Shown: in pieces, positions 8,320-17,065 of the stretch | Layout of the letters: each line of letters starts with the position of its first letter | Numbering within the stretch: position 1 is the stretch's first letter | Source: Telluria sp. | GTDB lineage: Bacteria > Pseudomonadota > Gammaproteobacteria > Burkholderiales > Burkholderiaceae_D | Reading direction: 5' to 3' | Length of the DNA stretch: 64,000 nt | NCBI GenBank assembly: GCA_036386755.1 | Contig: DASVVC010000015.1 | Coordinates: 5,960 to 69,959, forward strand | Made by a program: the position numbers and the translations under genes | The notes under the pieces: model-generated | Databases searched by the model: none | The model's input: the letters and a program-made list of their open reading frames with translations, nothing else | What the model was told of the DNA's origin: nothing

Positions 8320-9030
8320 TTACCGAATCTGGCTCAGCCATTGTTGTACCAGCATCGGAACAATACTGGTGGCTTTACCAGGCATGAACGTAAATCCGAA
8401 CGGAACGCGTTTCATGTCAAGGCAATTGACAACCTTTTCCGCGCGCCCGCGTGCCGCCTTGACCAGGGAAGCTGCAGGAAAAACCGACAGTGACGTACCG
8501 ACAACGAGCACCCTGGCGGCGCTGGCGACGTGCCGGCGGGCCTCGTCCATGTGCTGCACGTCCTCACCGAACCAGACGATATCGGGACGAAGCTGTGTTC
8601 CATCTTCGCACAGCTGGCCAAGAGAAACCGGCGCGGCACCGATACGATAGCGCTTGGGTACGGGCGACGTCCCTCGCACCCAGGCAAGTTGACCGTGCAA
8701 ATGGATCACCGTCCTGGATCCCGCGCGTTCGTGCAAATCGTCCACGTTCTGGGTGATGATGACGACCTCGTAAGCATCATCGAGCGCCGCGATTGCCTCA
8801 TGCGCCGCGTTGGGTGCGGCCTGGGACGCACTCAAACGCCGCTCGTTGTAAAAAGCGAGAACGGCTTCGGGGTTCGCGTTCCACCCTTGTGGCGTTGCAA
8901 CGTCCTGCAAGGAGTAATTATTCCAGAGTCCGTTTGAATCCCGAAACGTCGGCAGGCCACTCTCCGCACTGATCCCTGCACCGGACAGGATGACGATCTT
9001 GTTTGGCTGGACCTCTGGTTTCATACGCAT
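8320..9030 (-). CDS. Sir2-family NAD-dependent protein deacylase (sirtuin) lacking the zinc-ribbon cysteines
   Basis: GAGISAESGLPTFR, QNVDDLHERAG, HLHG and VVGTS motifs. The usual CxxC...CxxC is replaced by RGTSP...CEDG. Confidence 0.8.
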   Translation of the reverse strand: MRMKPEVQPNKIVILSGAGISAESGLPTFRDSNGLWNNYSLQDVATPQGWNANPEAVLAFYNERRLSASQAAPNAAHEAIAALDDAYEVVIITQNVDDLHERAGSRTVIHLHGQLAWVRGTSPVPKRYRIGAAPVSLGQLCEDGTQLRPDIVWFGEDVQHMDEARRHVASAARVLVVGTSLSVFPAASLVKAARGRAEKVVNCLDMKRVPFGFTFMPGKATSIVPMLVQQWLSQIR

Positions 9031-9423
9031 TCACATAAACACTCCTGGCCGCAGAGTCTAGCAGAAGAATGTCGGGATGTTGCCGCTGCCTCCACCGTCC
9101 GTCACCCGCGCTCGGGTCGACAGGATCACCTATCCCGACCACGACCGGGTGTGCCAGCGCGACCGCTCGCTGACTGACGGCATCTCGCTGAACGCTGCGG
9201 GAGCACCCGCGTCGAGCCCCTATTGACGATGCCTCCTGCCCGGCGACGGCGTTCCCCGGCAGCCCGCTCGAGCGCCGCCGCGTAACATTCCGTAACTCAT
9301 CCATGCGCCCTAGCCTGACTGCATACGCTATGATGATAAATTGTTATCAGCAGTCATCGTTCGTGGCTGGCTGGTGTCGACCGATGCGCAGCTTGCGCGG
9401 TCGCGCTTTTGGAAGAGGTTTGC

Positions 9424-10554
9424 ATGGCTGTCGTAGTAGAAAAAAAAGCCGGGGCGAAGGCAAGCGCCCCCGCGCAGTTCGGACTCATTAATCTGTTAAA
9501 AGTCGTCGCGGCGCAATTGATTGTGCTGCACCACCTGGCCTTCTACGGCCCCATGGCCGACTATGCGCGGCCCCTGATGCCGGACGTCATCGATTGGCTG
9601 GGTTCCTTCGCGCGCATCGCGGTGCAGGTTTTCCTGGTGATCGGCGGATTCTTGGTCGCCAAATCCTTGTTCCCGCACGGCCAGCCGGGCTTGATCAATC
9701 CGCTCGGAACCGTGTGGCGCCGCTATGCCAAGCTGGTGCCGCCGTTTATGGTGGCGATGCTGTGCGCCGTTGCGGCGTCGGCCCTGGCGAACCGCTGGAT
9801 GACGCACGATTCCATCTCCGCCCCGCCCGATCTGATGCAACTGGCGGCGCATGCGCTGCTGCTGCAGGGCGTGCTCGGTTACGATTCCTTGTCGGCAGGC
9901 GCGTGGTACGTCGCGATCGATTTCCAGTTGTATGCCGTGGTGGCCTTGCTGGTCTGGCTGTGCGGGCGTGTTTCCGGCGGCGGCTTGCGGCGCTGGCTGA
10001 TGCCTGCCGTGGTTGTCGTCGGGATCAGCACGTCCCTGTTGTACTTCAATCGCGATCCGAACTGGGATGAGTGGGCGCCCTACTTTTTTGGCAGCTATGG
10101 ACTCGGCATCATGGCCTGGCTGGCGAGCGATCCGAAACGGCGGCCGCGCGCGGTGGCGCTGCTGGTGGCGATGATCCTGGTGCCGACCCTGGTCGCGCTG
10201 GCGCTGGACTTTCGCCTGCGTATTGCGGTGGCGCTGACGGTGGCCTGCGTGCTGTTTCTGTTCGGCCGTAAGCGCACCGGATCGTGTTCCTACTGGGGCA
10301 TGTCGGCGGTCAATCGCCTGGCGCAGATTTCCTATTCGGTCTTTCTGATCCACTTTCCGGTCTGCCTGGTGACGAATGCGGCGTTTGCGCACTTCGTGCC
10401 GCCTGAACCGCACTATCAGGCGCTGGGCATGCTGACTGCCTGGGCAGCGAGCCTGATGGCCGGTGCGCTCTTTTACCGCTGCGTGGAAGTGCCGCTGGGA
10501 CGGGTTTTGCAGGCCGTCACCGAGGCGCGTGCGTCGCGCACCGTCTTCATTTAA
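9424..10554 (+). CDS. Acyltransferase family 3 (OafA/YrhL-like) integral membrane protein
   Basis: About 10 TM segments. N-terminal LKVVAAQLIVLHHLAFYGP is typical of acyltransferase_3. ATG 9424 chosen over TTG 9409. Confidence 0.75.
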   Translation: MAVVVEKKAGAKASAPAQFGLINLLKVVAAQLIVLHHLAFYGPMADYARPLMPDVIDWLGSFARIAVQVFLVIGGFLVAKSLFPHGQPGLINPLGTVWRRYAKLVPPFMVAMLCAVAASALANRWMTHDSISAPPDLMQLAAHALLLQGVLGYDSLSAGAWYVAIDFQLYAVVALLVWLCGRVSGGGLRRWLMPAVVVVGISTSLLYFNRDPNWDEWAPYFFGSYGLGIMAWLASDPKRRPRAVALLVAMILVPTLVALALDFRLRIAVALTVACVLFLFGRKRTGSCSYWGMSAVNRLAQISYSVFLIHFPVCLVTNAAFAHFVPPEPHYQALGMLTAWAASLMAGALFYRCVEVPLGRVLQAVTEARASRTVFI

Positions 10555-10578
10555 ACCCAGTTCATTTAAGCGAGCGCA

Positions 10579-11064
10579 TCACGCGGGAGCACGCAGCGCC
10601 CGTTCGATCGTGGCGATATCGATCTTTTTCATCGTCATCATCGCATCGAAGGCGCGCTTGGCTGCGGCGCGGTCGGGGCCGAACACGGCCGAGGTAAGAA
10701 CGCGCGGGCTGATCTGCCAGGACAAGCCCCAGCGGTCCTTGCACCAGCCGCATTCGCTTTCCTGGCCCCCGTTGCTGACGATGGCATGCCACAAGCGGTC
10801 GGTTTCTTCCTGGTCGTCGGTGGCGATCTGGAATGAAAAAGCTTCGCTGTGCTTGAAGTGCGGGCCGCCGTTCAGGCCGATGCACGGTATGCCGGCCACG
10901 GTGAATTCCACCGTGAGGACATCGCCTTCTTTGCCATCGGGATAATCGCCCGGTGCGCGGTGGATGGCGTGGACTGCGCTGTCGGGGAAGGTGTCTGCAT
11001 AAAAGTTTGCGGCCTCGACAGCGTCGCCGTCGTACCACAGGCAGATCGTGTTTTTGCTGATCAT
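10579..11064 (-). CDS. VOC-family protein (PhnB-like / 3-demethylubiquinone-9 3-methyltransferase-domain)
   Basis: ICLWYDGDAVEAANFY...GGPHFKHSEAFSFQI...CGWCKDRWGLSWQI matches this family's pattern. Confidence 0.75.
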   Translation of the reverse strand: MISKNTICLWYDGDAVEAANFYADTFPDSAVHAIHRAPGDYPDGKEGDVLTVEFTVAGIPCIGLNGGPHFKHSEAFSFQIATDDQEETDRLWHAIVSNGGQESECGWCKDRWGLSWQISPRVLTSAVFGPDRAAAKRAFDAMMTMKKIDIATIERALRAPA

Positions 11065-11299
11065 TGCGTGCCTCCTGAAGAGTTAAAACCCGGCAGCCGT
11101 CGCCGCGAAAAACCAAAGCCGCATGGGCCGATGTTGGCCTGTCGGGTGACACTAATGGCATTATCGGATTTCGTCAATCGCGCACACGCGCAGCACCTGC
11201 CCACTTGGGCACTGCGGGCAAGACCGGGCAACAGCGATGTGTTTCCGGGTGGGATACTGACAAGGAACAGCCGCACATCCAGCACTCGCCGCAAGCAGG

Positions 11300-11740
11300 A
11301 TGACGCACGGCGTTGACAAGTTGACAGATAGGCCTAATGATAGCCCGATGACAGACCTCACCCGCCAGGAAATGGACGCGAAGCTTGCCGGCAGCGAGGC
11401 CAAGATGGATGCGCGCCTGGCGAACTTCGATACCAGCATGAAAACCGGCTTCGCGGAGCTGCGGACAGACTTCGCGCAGTTACGTGGCGACATGGCCAGG
11501 CAGACAAGCGAGATGCGCGCAGAGATGGAGAAAATGCGCGCCGATATGCATAAGGGAATGGTGGACATCGTCAAGTGGGTGATCGGCGTTGGCCTTGCAA
11601 GCATTGGCACCATATTTACCGTGTCCAAGATGACAGAGAAACCTCCCGCTCAGGCTGCGGCGCAGCCGGCACCTATTATCATTACTGTTCCGCAAGCCGC
11701 CGCGCCGCCCGCCGCTCCTGTACCCGCGCCGACAAAATAG
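11300..11740 (+). CDS. Coiled-coil protein with C-terminal TM segment and Pro/Ala tail
   Basis: Heptad-like MDAKLAGSEAKMDARLANFD..., TM VIGVGLASIGTIFTV. Alternative start ATG 11348. Confidence 0.5.
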   Translation: MTHGVDKLTDRPNDSPMTDLTRQEMDAKLAGSEAKMDARLANFDTSMKTGFAELRTDFAQLRGDMARQTSEMRAEMEKMRADMHKGMVDIVKWVIGVGLASIGTIFTVSKMTEKPPAQAAAQPAPIIITVPQAAAPPAAPVPAPTK

Positions 11741-11822
11741 TATGTCCGCGCCCTACCGTCCCGCCTTCATGTGGGATCATCCGCTCCCTGTCGGATCGGC
11801 CGCGGTTCCGGTATCATTCGGC

Positions 11823-12464
11823 ATGAACAAGATTTCTTTCCAACCTTTTATCATCGGTGTCGCTGGCGGAAGCGGCAGTGGCAAGTCAACGGTGTCCCAG
11901 CAAGTGCTCGCTTCGTTCGGCGCTGAGATGGTCTCGGTCGTGATGCAGGACGATTACTATTGCGACCAAACCCATCTCACCCCTGAAGCGCGCCGCCAGC
12001 AGAACTACGACCATCCGCAGGCTTTCGACTGGCCATTGCTGGTGCAGCACGTGCAAGCCTTGCGCAATGGCGAAACGATCGAGATGCCGGAGTACGACTT
12101 TACGATCGATAACCGCTCGAACAGGACCATTCCAGTCAAGCCAGCCCCGGTGATCGTGATCGAAGGCCTGTTTGCCTTGTATGACCCGGATTTGTGCAAC
12201 ATGATGTCGCTCAAGATTTTTGTCGACACCGCCTCCGACATCCGCTTCATCCGCCGTATGCAAAGAGATATTACCGAACGCAGCCGCTCGGTGGAAAGCG
12301 TCGTCGGTCAGTATCTGGACACCGTGCGCCCGATGCACAAGCAATTCATCGAGCCGACCAAGCGCTACGCCGATGTCATTATTCCGCACGGCGCAAATGG
12401 CCCGGCAGTCGATATGATTACCACCAAGGTGGCGAGCGTGATCGGCCAGTTGAAGCGGTCCTGA
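11823..12464 (+). CDS. udk: Uridine kinase
   Basis: P-loop IIGVAGGSGSGKST, DDYY, NYDHPQAFD and VIVIEGLFAL motifs. Start MNKISF at ATG 11823. Confidence 0.9.
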   Translation: MNKISFQPFIIGVAGGSGSGKSTVSQQVLASFGAEMVSVVMQDDYYCDQTHLTPEARRQQNYDHPQAFDWPLLVQHVQALRNGETIEMPEYDFTIDNRSNRTIPVKPAPVIVIEGLFALYDPDLCNMMSLKIFVDTASDIRFIRRMQRDITERSRSVESVVGQYLDTVRPMHKQFIEPTKRYADVIIPHGANGPAVDMITTKVASVIGQLKRS

Positions 12465-12672
12465 TTTTATCGGGGCGCGTCCTTGGCAAGGTGCTGTGGT
12501 CAAGTAATTTCGGACACCGGGATAGGTTCGCGTGCTGCTATTTTTCATTCGTAGACAGCGTTGATCGCATCCCGCTCCCGGTAGGGCGCAGTGTGGAGCG
12601 GTGCCCCATGCCCCGCCACAGCGCCTGAAGTTACCAACGGCGTGACCGTGGCACTGCCGTATTTATCCACGA

Positions 12673-13050
12673 TCATCGTTTATTCACGATCATCGCGCCG
12701 CCGCCCTCGCCACTGGCGTACACCACATCCGGCGTCTGGTAGTTCAACGACTGGTGCGGCCGCTCCTCGTTGTAGATAGCGAAGTAGCGCGTCAGCCTAA
12801 CCGTCAGGTCACCATCGTCGCGTACCCGTTCAGGTACACGTCTTCGTGTTTGACGTTGCGCCACAGGCGCTCGACGAAGATGTTGTCCCGCGCCCGGCCC
12901 CGGCCATCCATGCTGATCGCCACGCCTTCCCGCAGCAGCACGCCGGTGAACGCCAGGCTCGTGAACTGCACGCCCTGGTCCGTGTTGAAGATGTCCGGCT
13001 TGCCGTGACTGATCAACGCCTATTCCAGGCAGTCCTCGCAGACCTCTTAG
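12673..13050 (-). pseudogene. IS3-family (IS407-like) transposase remnant, frameshifted with an in-frame stop
   Basis: rve-core pieces sit in two frames: HGKPDIFNTDQGVQFTS...SMDGRGRARDNIFVERLWRNVKHEDVYL, then YFAIYNEERPHQSLNYQTPDVVY. No N-terminal half. Confidence 0.8.
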
Positions 13051-13489
13051 CCGTCCGCCCCGCTGGTTAATGCTGCCTCCATGTAGCGCGTGTTTTACAG
13101 CACGATTATGTCGAGCACCAGGCCGAGCGCACCGAGCAGCGTACCCCCGATGGGCTTGGTCGAGGGCCAGCACCCAAGCCGGGGACGGTGGCGACGACAG
13201 CTCCAGAGGCAAGCCGGTGCGCAGCACCAATGTCGATGTTGCCTCCATGCTTGCTCCCGTTCAGATTGAAACGGCAAGCGTGCGGAACCCGGCAGTCAAG
13301 TCACAAAACTGTGGTCTTTGTAACGATTGCCTTAACCGAACGCTACTGATTCTGTAAATACAATTGACGCTCGTCAGGAACCAGAACACTGTCAATGGAG
13401 GGCGCAATCATCTGGACGTGGTTTGGATTTGCGCCTGCGAGAGGAGGCCGTCCATAGGTGGCTTTCTGCGGAAATTAAAGGGAGAAAAA

Positions 13490-14230
13490 ATGATCAAGAA
13501 ATTAGCAACTACGTCCATGTTTGGAATCGCCATGCTACTTGGCGTCTCTTCGGCATGGGCTCAGATGTCACTGGCGGCGGCGCCCAAACTTGGCGCGGCG
13601 GCTAAATTCTCCCTTCTGGGAGGCACGAACGTCACCTGTACTGCCGGGTCCGTAGTGACTGGAAACATCGGTGTCTACCCGGGCAGCTTTACAAATACCG
13701 GCTGCACAACAGCAGGTGAGATTCCTCCTGCGACCAATGCGACCGCGGCTACGGCACAGGGCGACTTTCTCAGAGCACAATCTTCTCTCCAGTCTACTCC
13801 CTGCACGCAAACTATCTCGATCGCTGCTTTCACCGGTAATCTGCCGGTGCTCGGGCCGCTTGCGCCGGGCGTCTACTGTTTCCCCGCCGGTGTGACGTTT
13901 ACGGACACGACATTGAGGCTCAGTGGGCCAGCGAAAGGAATTTGGATTTTCAAAGTCGGGGCAGCACTGACGGGTACCAATTTCTCGGTAGTCATGACCG
14001 ATGGCGGGCAACCGTGCAATGTGTTTTGGTCGATCGGCGCCGGGGTGACGTTGACCACGTCGACTTTCAAAGGCAATATCCTCGCGGGCAACCCCATTGA
14101 CGGGTCCATCACCTTGACCGGGGGATCCATTGCCGGGCGTGCCTTGGCGAAAGTCGCCGTGACCAGCACGGGTACCAGCGTGGTTGGCTGCAATGCGCTC
14201 GCAGCGGTGGGCGCTGAATGGATCAACTGA
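13490..14230 (+). CDS. Secreted ice-binding protein (DUF3494 / IBP-1 family)
   Basis: Signal MIKKLATTSMFGIAMLLGVSSAWA. Family motifs AAKFSLLGGTNVTCTAGSVVTGNIGVYPGS, PGVYCFPAGVTF, IWIFKVGAALT and CNVFWSIGAGVTL...GNILA...ITLTGGSIAGRALA. Confidence 0.8.
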   Translation: MIKKLATTSMFGIAMLLGVSSAWAQMSLAAAPKLGAAAKFSLLGGTNVTCTAGSVVTGNIGVYPGSFTNTGCTTAGEIPPATNATAATAQGDFLRAQSSLQSTPCTQTISIAAFTGNLPVLGPLAPGVYCFPAGVTFTDTTLRLSGPAKGIWIFKVGAALTGTNFSVVMTDGGQPCNVFWSIGAGVTLTTSTFKGNILAGNPIDGSITLTGGSIAGRALAKVAVTSTGTSVVGCNALAAVGAEWIN

Positions 14231-14359
14231 TGGCCGGTATTTGAAAAACTTGGAAATGAGGTGGCGCGCTCCTGAACGGTAAATTGAGGAAAAAACTCCT
14301 ATTAAGGGGCAACGATGGCATTACGATAAGGACTTTTCTAATCGTCCGCGCTGAGGTCC

Positions 14360-14540
14360 TTGCGTCATCGTGCCACAGCTAATTTCATCCACACGCCGGA
14401 CAGCAAGCACGACTTGCCTGTCGCCGCCAACGTGCTCAACCGGCAGTTCAATCCGGTGGCACCAAACATGGCATATGTTTCAGACATCACGTACATCCGG
14501 ACCGGTACCGGATGGCTGTACCTGGCCGTCGTAGTGGACC
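14360..14540 (+). pseudogene. Second, unrelated IS3-family transposase fragment
   Basis: NRQFNPVAPNMAYVSDITYIRTGTGWLYLAVVVDL is the region entering the rve core. It is truncated on both sides. Confidence 0.75.
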
Positions 14541-14939
14541 TGGGCGATAGCGCCGAGCATCCCCAGCCAAGCTGGTCTGTGACGCCGTGACCATGGCGAT
14601 CTAGCAGCCTGCATCATTTTGTTGTGCTCGGCCCTTTTCAGAGAAACCTTGTTGATGCGGTCGCGATACTTTAATCTCGTTTTGAACTAGAACCTTCGCT
14701 TGGGCCTTGCCGATGGCGGCCGTGTGCGCCGCTTGGGCGGTGGCTCACTTCCGAGTAGGCAAATTGATTGAAAGAATAGTGTTTATGGGAATTTTGCGTG
14801 CGCTACGCGCGGCGCCTCCGGCGCGCCACCGCGTAGCGGTGGCAGTTGGACGATTCGGAGAGGGCCGGGCGAGTACGCCCAGCCCTTCGAATCCCCGCCG
14901 AAGATCCCGCAGGGGATCTTCTTCTCTCCGCCAGGAAAC

Positions 14940-14970
14940 AAAAAAGCCACCCGAGGGTGGCTTTCTTTTG
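14940..14970. terminator. Bidirectional rho-independent terminator downstream of the tRNA 3' end
   Basis: aaaaaa-GCCACC-cgag-GGTGGC-tttctttt; run of A on one side and T on the other. Confidence 0.75.
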
Positions 14971-14976
14971 TGTTCC

Positions 14977-15020
14977 TGGCGGAGAGACGGGGATTCGAAC
15001 CCCGGATAGGCTATGAACCT
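14977..15020 (-). other. 3' fragment of a tRNA-Ser-like gene (T-arm + acceptor 3' strand + GCCA), the prophage att half-site
   Basis: Reverse complement reads ...CGGGGTTCGAATCCCCG TCTCTCC G CCA. No matching 5' GGAGAGA strand, D-arm or anticodon arm follows, so the gene is truncated. The extent of the fragment is approximate. Confidence 0.7.
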
Positions 15021-15264
15021 GTAACGATGGGGTTTCAGGGTGGTAGAGGGGTGGAGCATCATAGTGATAGTGCCCCTACGCAACCCTACAATCTGGCGCA
15101 AATTCCCCGGGAATTTCCCCGACCACTTGCCAGCATGATCCCGCAGGACGGTAGCGCGGCTTTTGTGCGGCTTCGCGAAAGACTTGCGCCGCCATCCATC
15201 ACAAAGATAGCTTGCATCGCATGACTTAATGTCATATTATAAGGTTAATCATAACGGAGGCTGT

Positions 15265-15948
15265 ATGTCCAAAAAACTTGAAGCCGTGGCCGGCGAGCGT
15301 TACGGAAACCTTCTCGTCATAGGAAGTGCTCCGCGCAATGAAATTGGCGGAACAATGGCTTTGTGTTTGTGTGATTGCGGAGTTGAAAAAGCATTTTATC
15401 TATCCGGCATGAGGCGAGGCAAAATCAAGAGCTGCGGGTGCATCAATAGAGACCCCGAGAAAATCAAGCGAGGCGCTGACTCTTTGAAAAGAAAATGGGC
15501 AAGTGGCACAAGAAAGGCACCCCCTCCCGAGATGTATAAAAAATTGGCCGATAGCCGCAGAGGCAAGCCCAACCCACCGGGGCGATGCTCGAAAGATATT
15601 GATAATTGGGCTGCGAAATATTGGTATTTAATCGGCCCAAATATGGTGGTACTTGAAGGTATTAATTTATGCAACCTTGTTCGCGACAACTCCCACCTTT
15701 TCCATCCACGTCACTTGCAATGGAAGGACGGCCTGTGCAGGGCAGTCAAGGGACTGTACAGCTTATTCGAAATTGGCCGGGATGGAGAGCCACGGACCAG
15801 TAGCTGGATGGGGTGGCGAATAGGTGATCGAATGACTAGAGAGCAATATAATGACGGCCAAAATATCAGCGGAAATGCGGGAAGCGTTACGTCTTGTGAC
15901 GACAGGGATATCCGGTCGGGAAGCTGCGAAGCAAGCCGGAGTTCGTGA
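15265..15948 (+). CDS. Phage cargo protein with N-terminal Cys-cluster (Zn-ribbon-like) and NUMOD3-like basic repeats; homing-endonuclease-derived DNA binder?
   Basis: GGAGG SD. GERYGNLLVIG...CLCDCG...KIKSCGC, then KRKWASGTRK / KLADSRRGKP repeats. The 3' end overlaps the next small ORF. Confidence 0.5.
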   Translation: MSKKLEAVAGERYGNLLVIGSAPRNEIGGTMALCLCDCGVEKAFYLSGMRRGKIKSCGCINRDPEKIKRGADSLKRKWASGTRKAPPPEMYKKLADSRRGKPNPPGRCSKDIDNWAAKYWYLIGPNMVVLEGINLCNLVRDNSHLFHPRHLQWKDGLCRAVKGLYSLFEIGRDGEPRTSSWMGWRIGDRMTREQYNDGQNISGNAGSVTSCDDRDIRSGSCEASRSS

Positions 15949-16015
15949 GGAATCGCTCTACCGCAAGCCAGAGTACAAGGCTTGGCGGGATGCGCAGAAG
16001 CAAGCGAAAGTTTAA
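15851..16015 (+). CDS. Small HTH protein (54 aa, below ORF-track cutoff)
   Basis: MTAKISAEMREALRLVTTGISGREAAKQAGVREESLYRKPEYKAWRDAQKQAKV is an HTH-like pattern. It overlaps the tail of the previous ORF in another frame. Confidence 0.4.
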   Translation: MTAKISAEMREALRLVTTGISGREAAKQAGVREESLYRKPEYKAWRDAQKQAKV

Positions 16016-16142
16016 TTCTGTGGAAGCGAGCCTAGTTTGCGGCAATATTCCGCGCCACAATTCTGACGCGCCCGCGCGTACCTGATGCGCCTCAACACTA
16101 CTTCACCACGCTCGCACTACAGTCGCGGCAGGAGGATCTGCC

Positions 16143-16328
16143 ATGACCGATCGACGCCAGGACCAGAAGACCGCCGACCTCATCCGTGAGGCGCTGCGCA
16201 TGAAGCGAGCATTTGACGAAGGCGCTGGGCTGACGCTGTTGCGCCGGCAGCACGTGCCCGACGAGTTGGCCAAAGCCGCGCTAGCTGGACAGTATGAGCG
16301 ACGGCAGCATTATGACGGCGGCCGATGA
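16143..16328 (+). CDS. Hypothetical small protein
   Basis: GGAGGA SD 7 nt upstream of the ATG; 61 aa; helical and charged. Confidence 0.45.
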   Translation: MTDRRQDQKTADLIREALRMKRAFDEGAGLTLLRRQHVPDELAKAALAGQYERRQHYDGGR

Positions 16329-16678
16329 GACTGCTGCGCCACCCCCGGCTGCGGTTCGGTCACGATCTGGACTGACCACTCTTGCAATATCGTCGCTGAG
16401 TTCGGATCGCCTTGGGCGCCCTGACGCTCCATCCCTCGAAACAGCATCTTGCTCCCGTGCATCACGACTAGAACCGGGTCAATAAGCACCGGTATCAACG
16501 GCTCCGGACGCGCATCAGTCCCCGATGCATACAGCTTCAGCTCGGTCCATCCCTCAACCCGGCACATCGTCAGCTGCCCTGCCGCGCCAGGGTCGGCGAA
16601 GATGTCTCGGTCTGGCCGGCGCGCTCCCCGGACTCTCAATCTTTTCACGATACTGTACATGCGTACAGTATATCGCAT
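16310..16678 (-). CDS. Hypothetical protein
   Basis: 122-aa ORF convergent with 16143..16328; globular-looking sequence; start uncertain. Confidence 0.4.
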   Translation of the reverse strand: MRYTVRMYSIVKRLRVRGARRPDRDIFADPGAAGQLTMCRVEGWTELKLYASGTDARPEPLIPVLIDPVLVVMHGSKMLFRGMERQGAQGDPNSATILQEWSVQIVTEPQPGVAQQSHRPPS

Positions 16679-17065
16679 CCTCGACGCTTTCAGGCCTACG
16701 TGAAATCGACCGCGACACGGCCCCGCCCGAACGCCAGGGAACTCCCCAGCGGAACCCCCGTCTAACTGTAATCCCAGCCGAGTAAATCTTTGTAATAGCT
16801 AGGGTAAGCAAATTCTATTTGATGTGCTTGCTAGCGCATACTCGCTTCACGCCAAACAAAGAAAGCAATATATACTCGCGCATGTTAACTCGGAAAGCTT
16901 CCTCATTGAAATCTAATTGCTGAAAGTTTTTAGTAGGTGAGTGCGATTGACTTTTGATAAACCTTCACTCGACGGGTCATATAAACTTTACCTGTCAATA
17001 TTCCATTGATAGGCGCTGCGCAAATCAATCGCAGCAGTTTAATAAATTCAATTCTGGGTACAAAC

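Noticed and set aside
8320-9030. SIR2 as an anti-phage defence effector (Thoeris/DSR/SIR2-HerA type).
   Set aside because: The motifs are those of canonical CobB-type sirtuins. There is no partner gene (ThsB/TIR, HerA, pAgo) and no large N- or C-terminal sensor domain.
12673-13248. 191-aa ORF as an intact gene.
   Set aside because: Only its last about 48 residues match a transposase. The rest of the rve domain is in another frame with an in-frame stop, so it is treated as an IS remnant.
14977-15066. An intact tRNA-Ser gene at the prophage boundary.
   Set aside because: Only the T-arm, 3' acceptor strand and GCCA are present. No complementary GGAGAGA 5' strand, D-arm or anticodon arm lies within 100 nt. 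It is interpreted as the att half-site, with the intact gene expected at the other prophage end.
16143-16678. A convergent small-gene pair as a toxin-antitoxin module.
   Set aside because: TA pairs are normally co-directional and co-transcribed. These ORFs converge and overlap at their 3' ends, and neither shows a known toxin or antitoxin motif.
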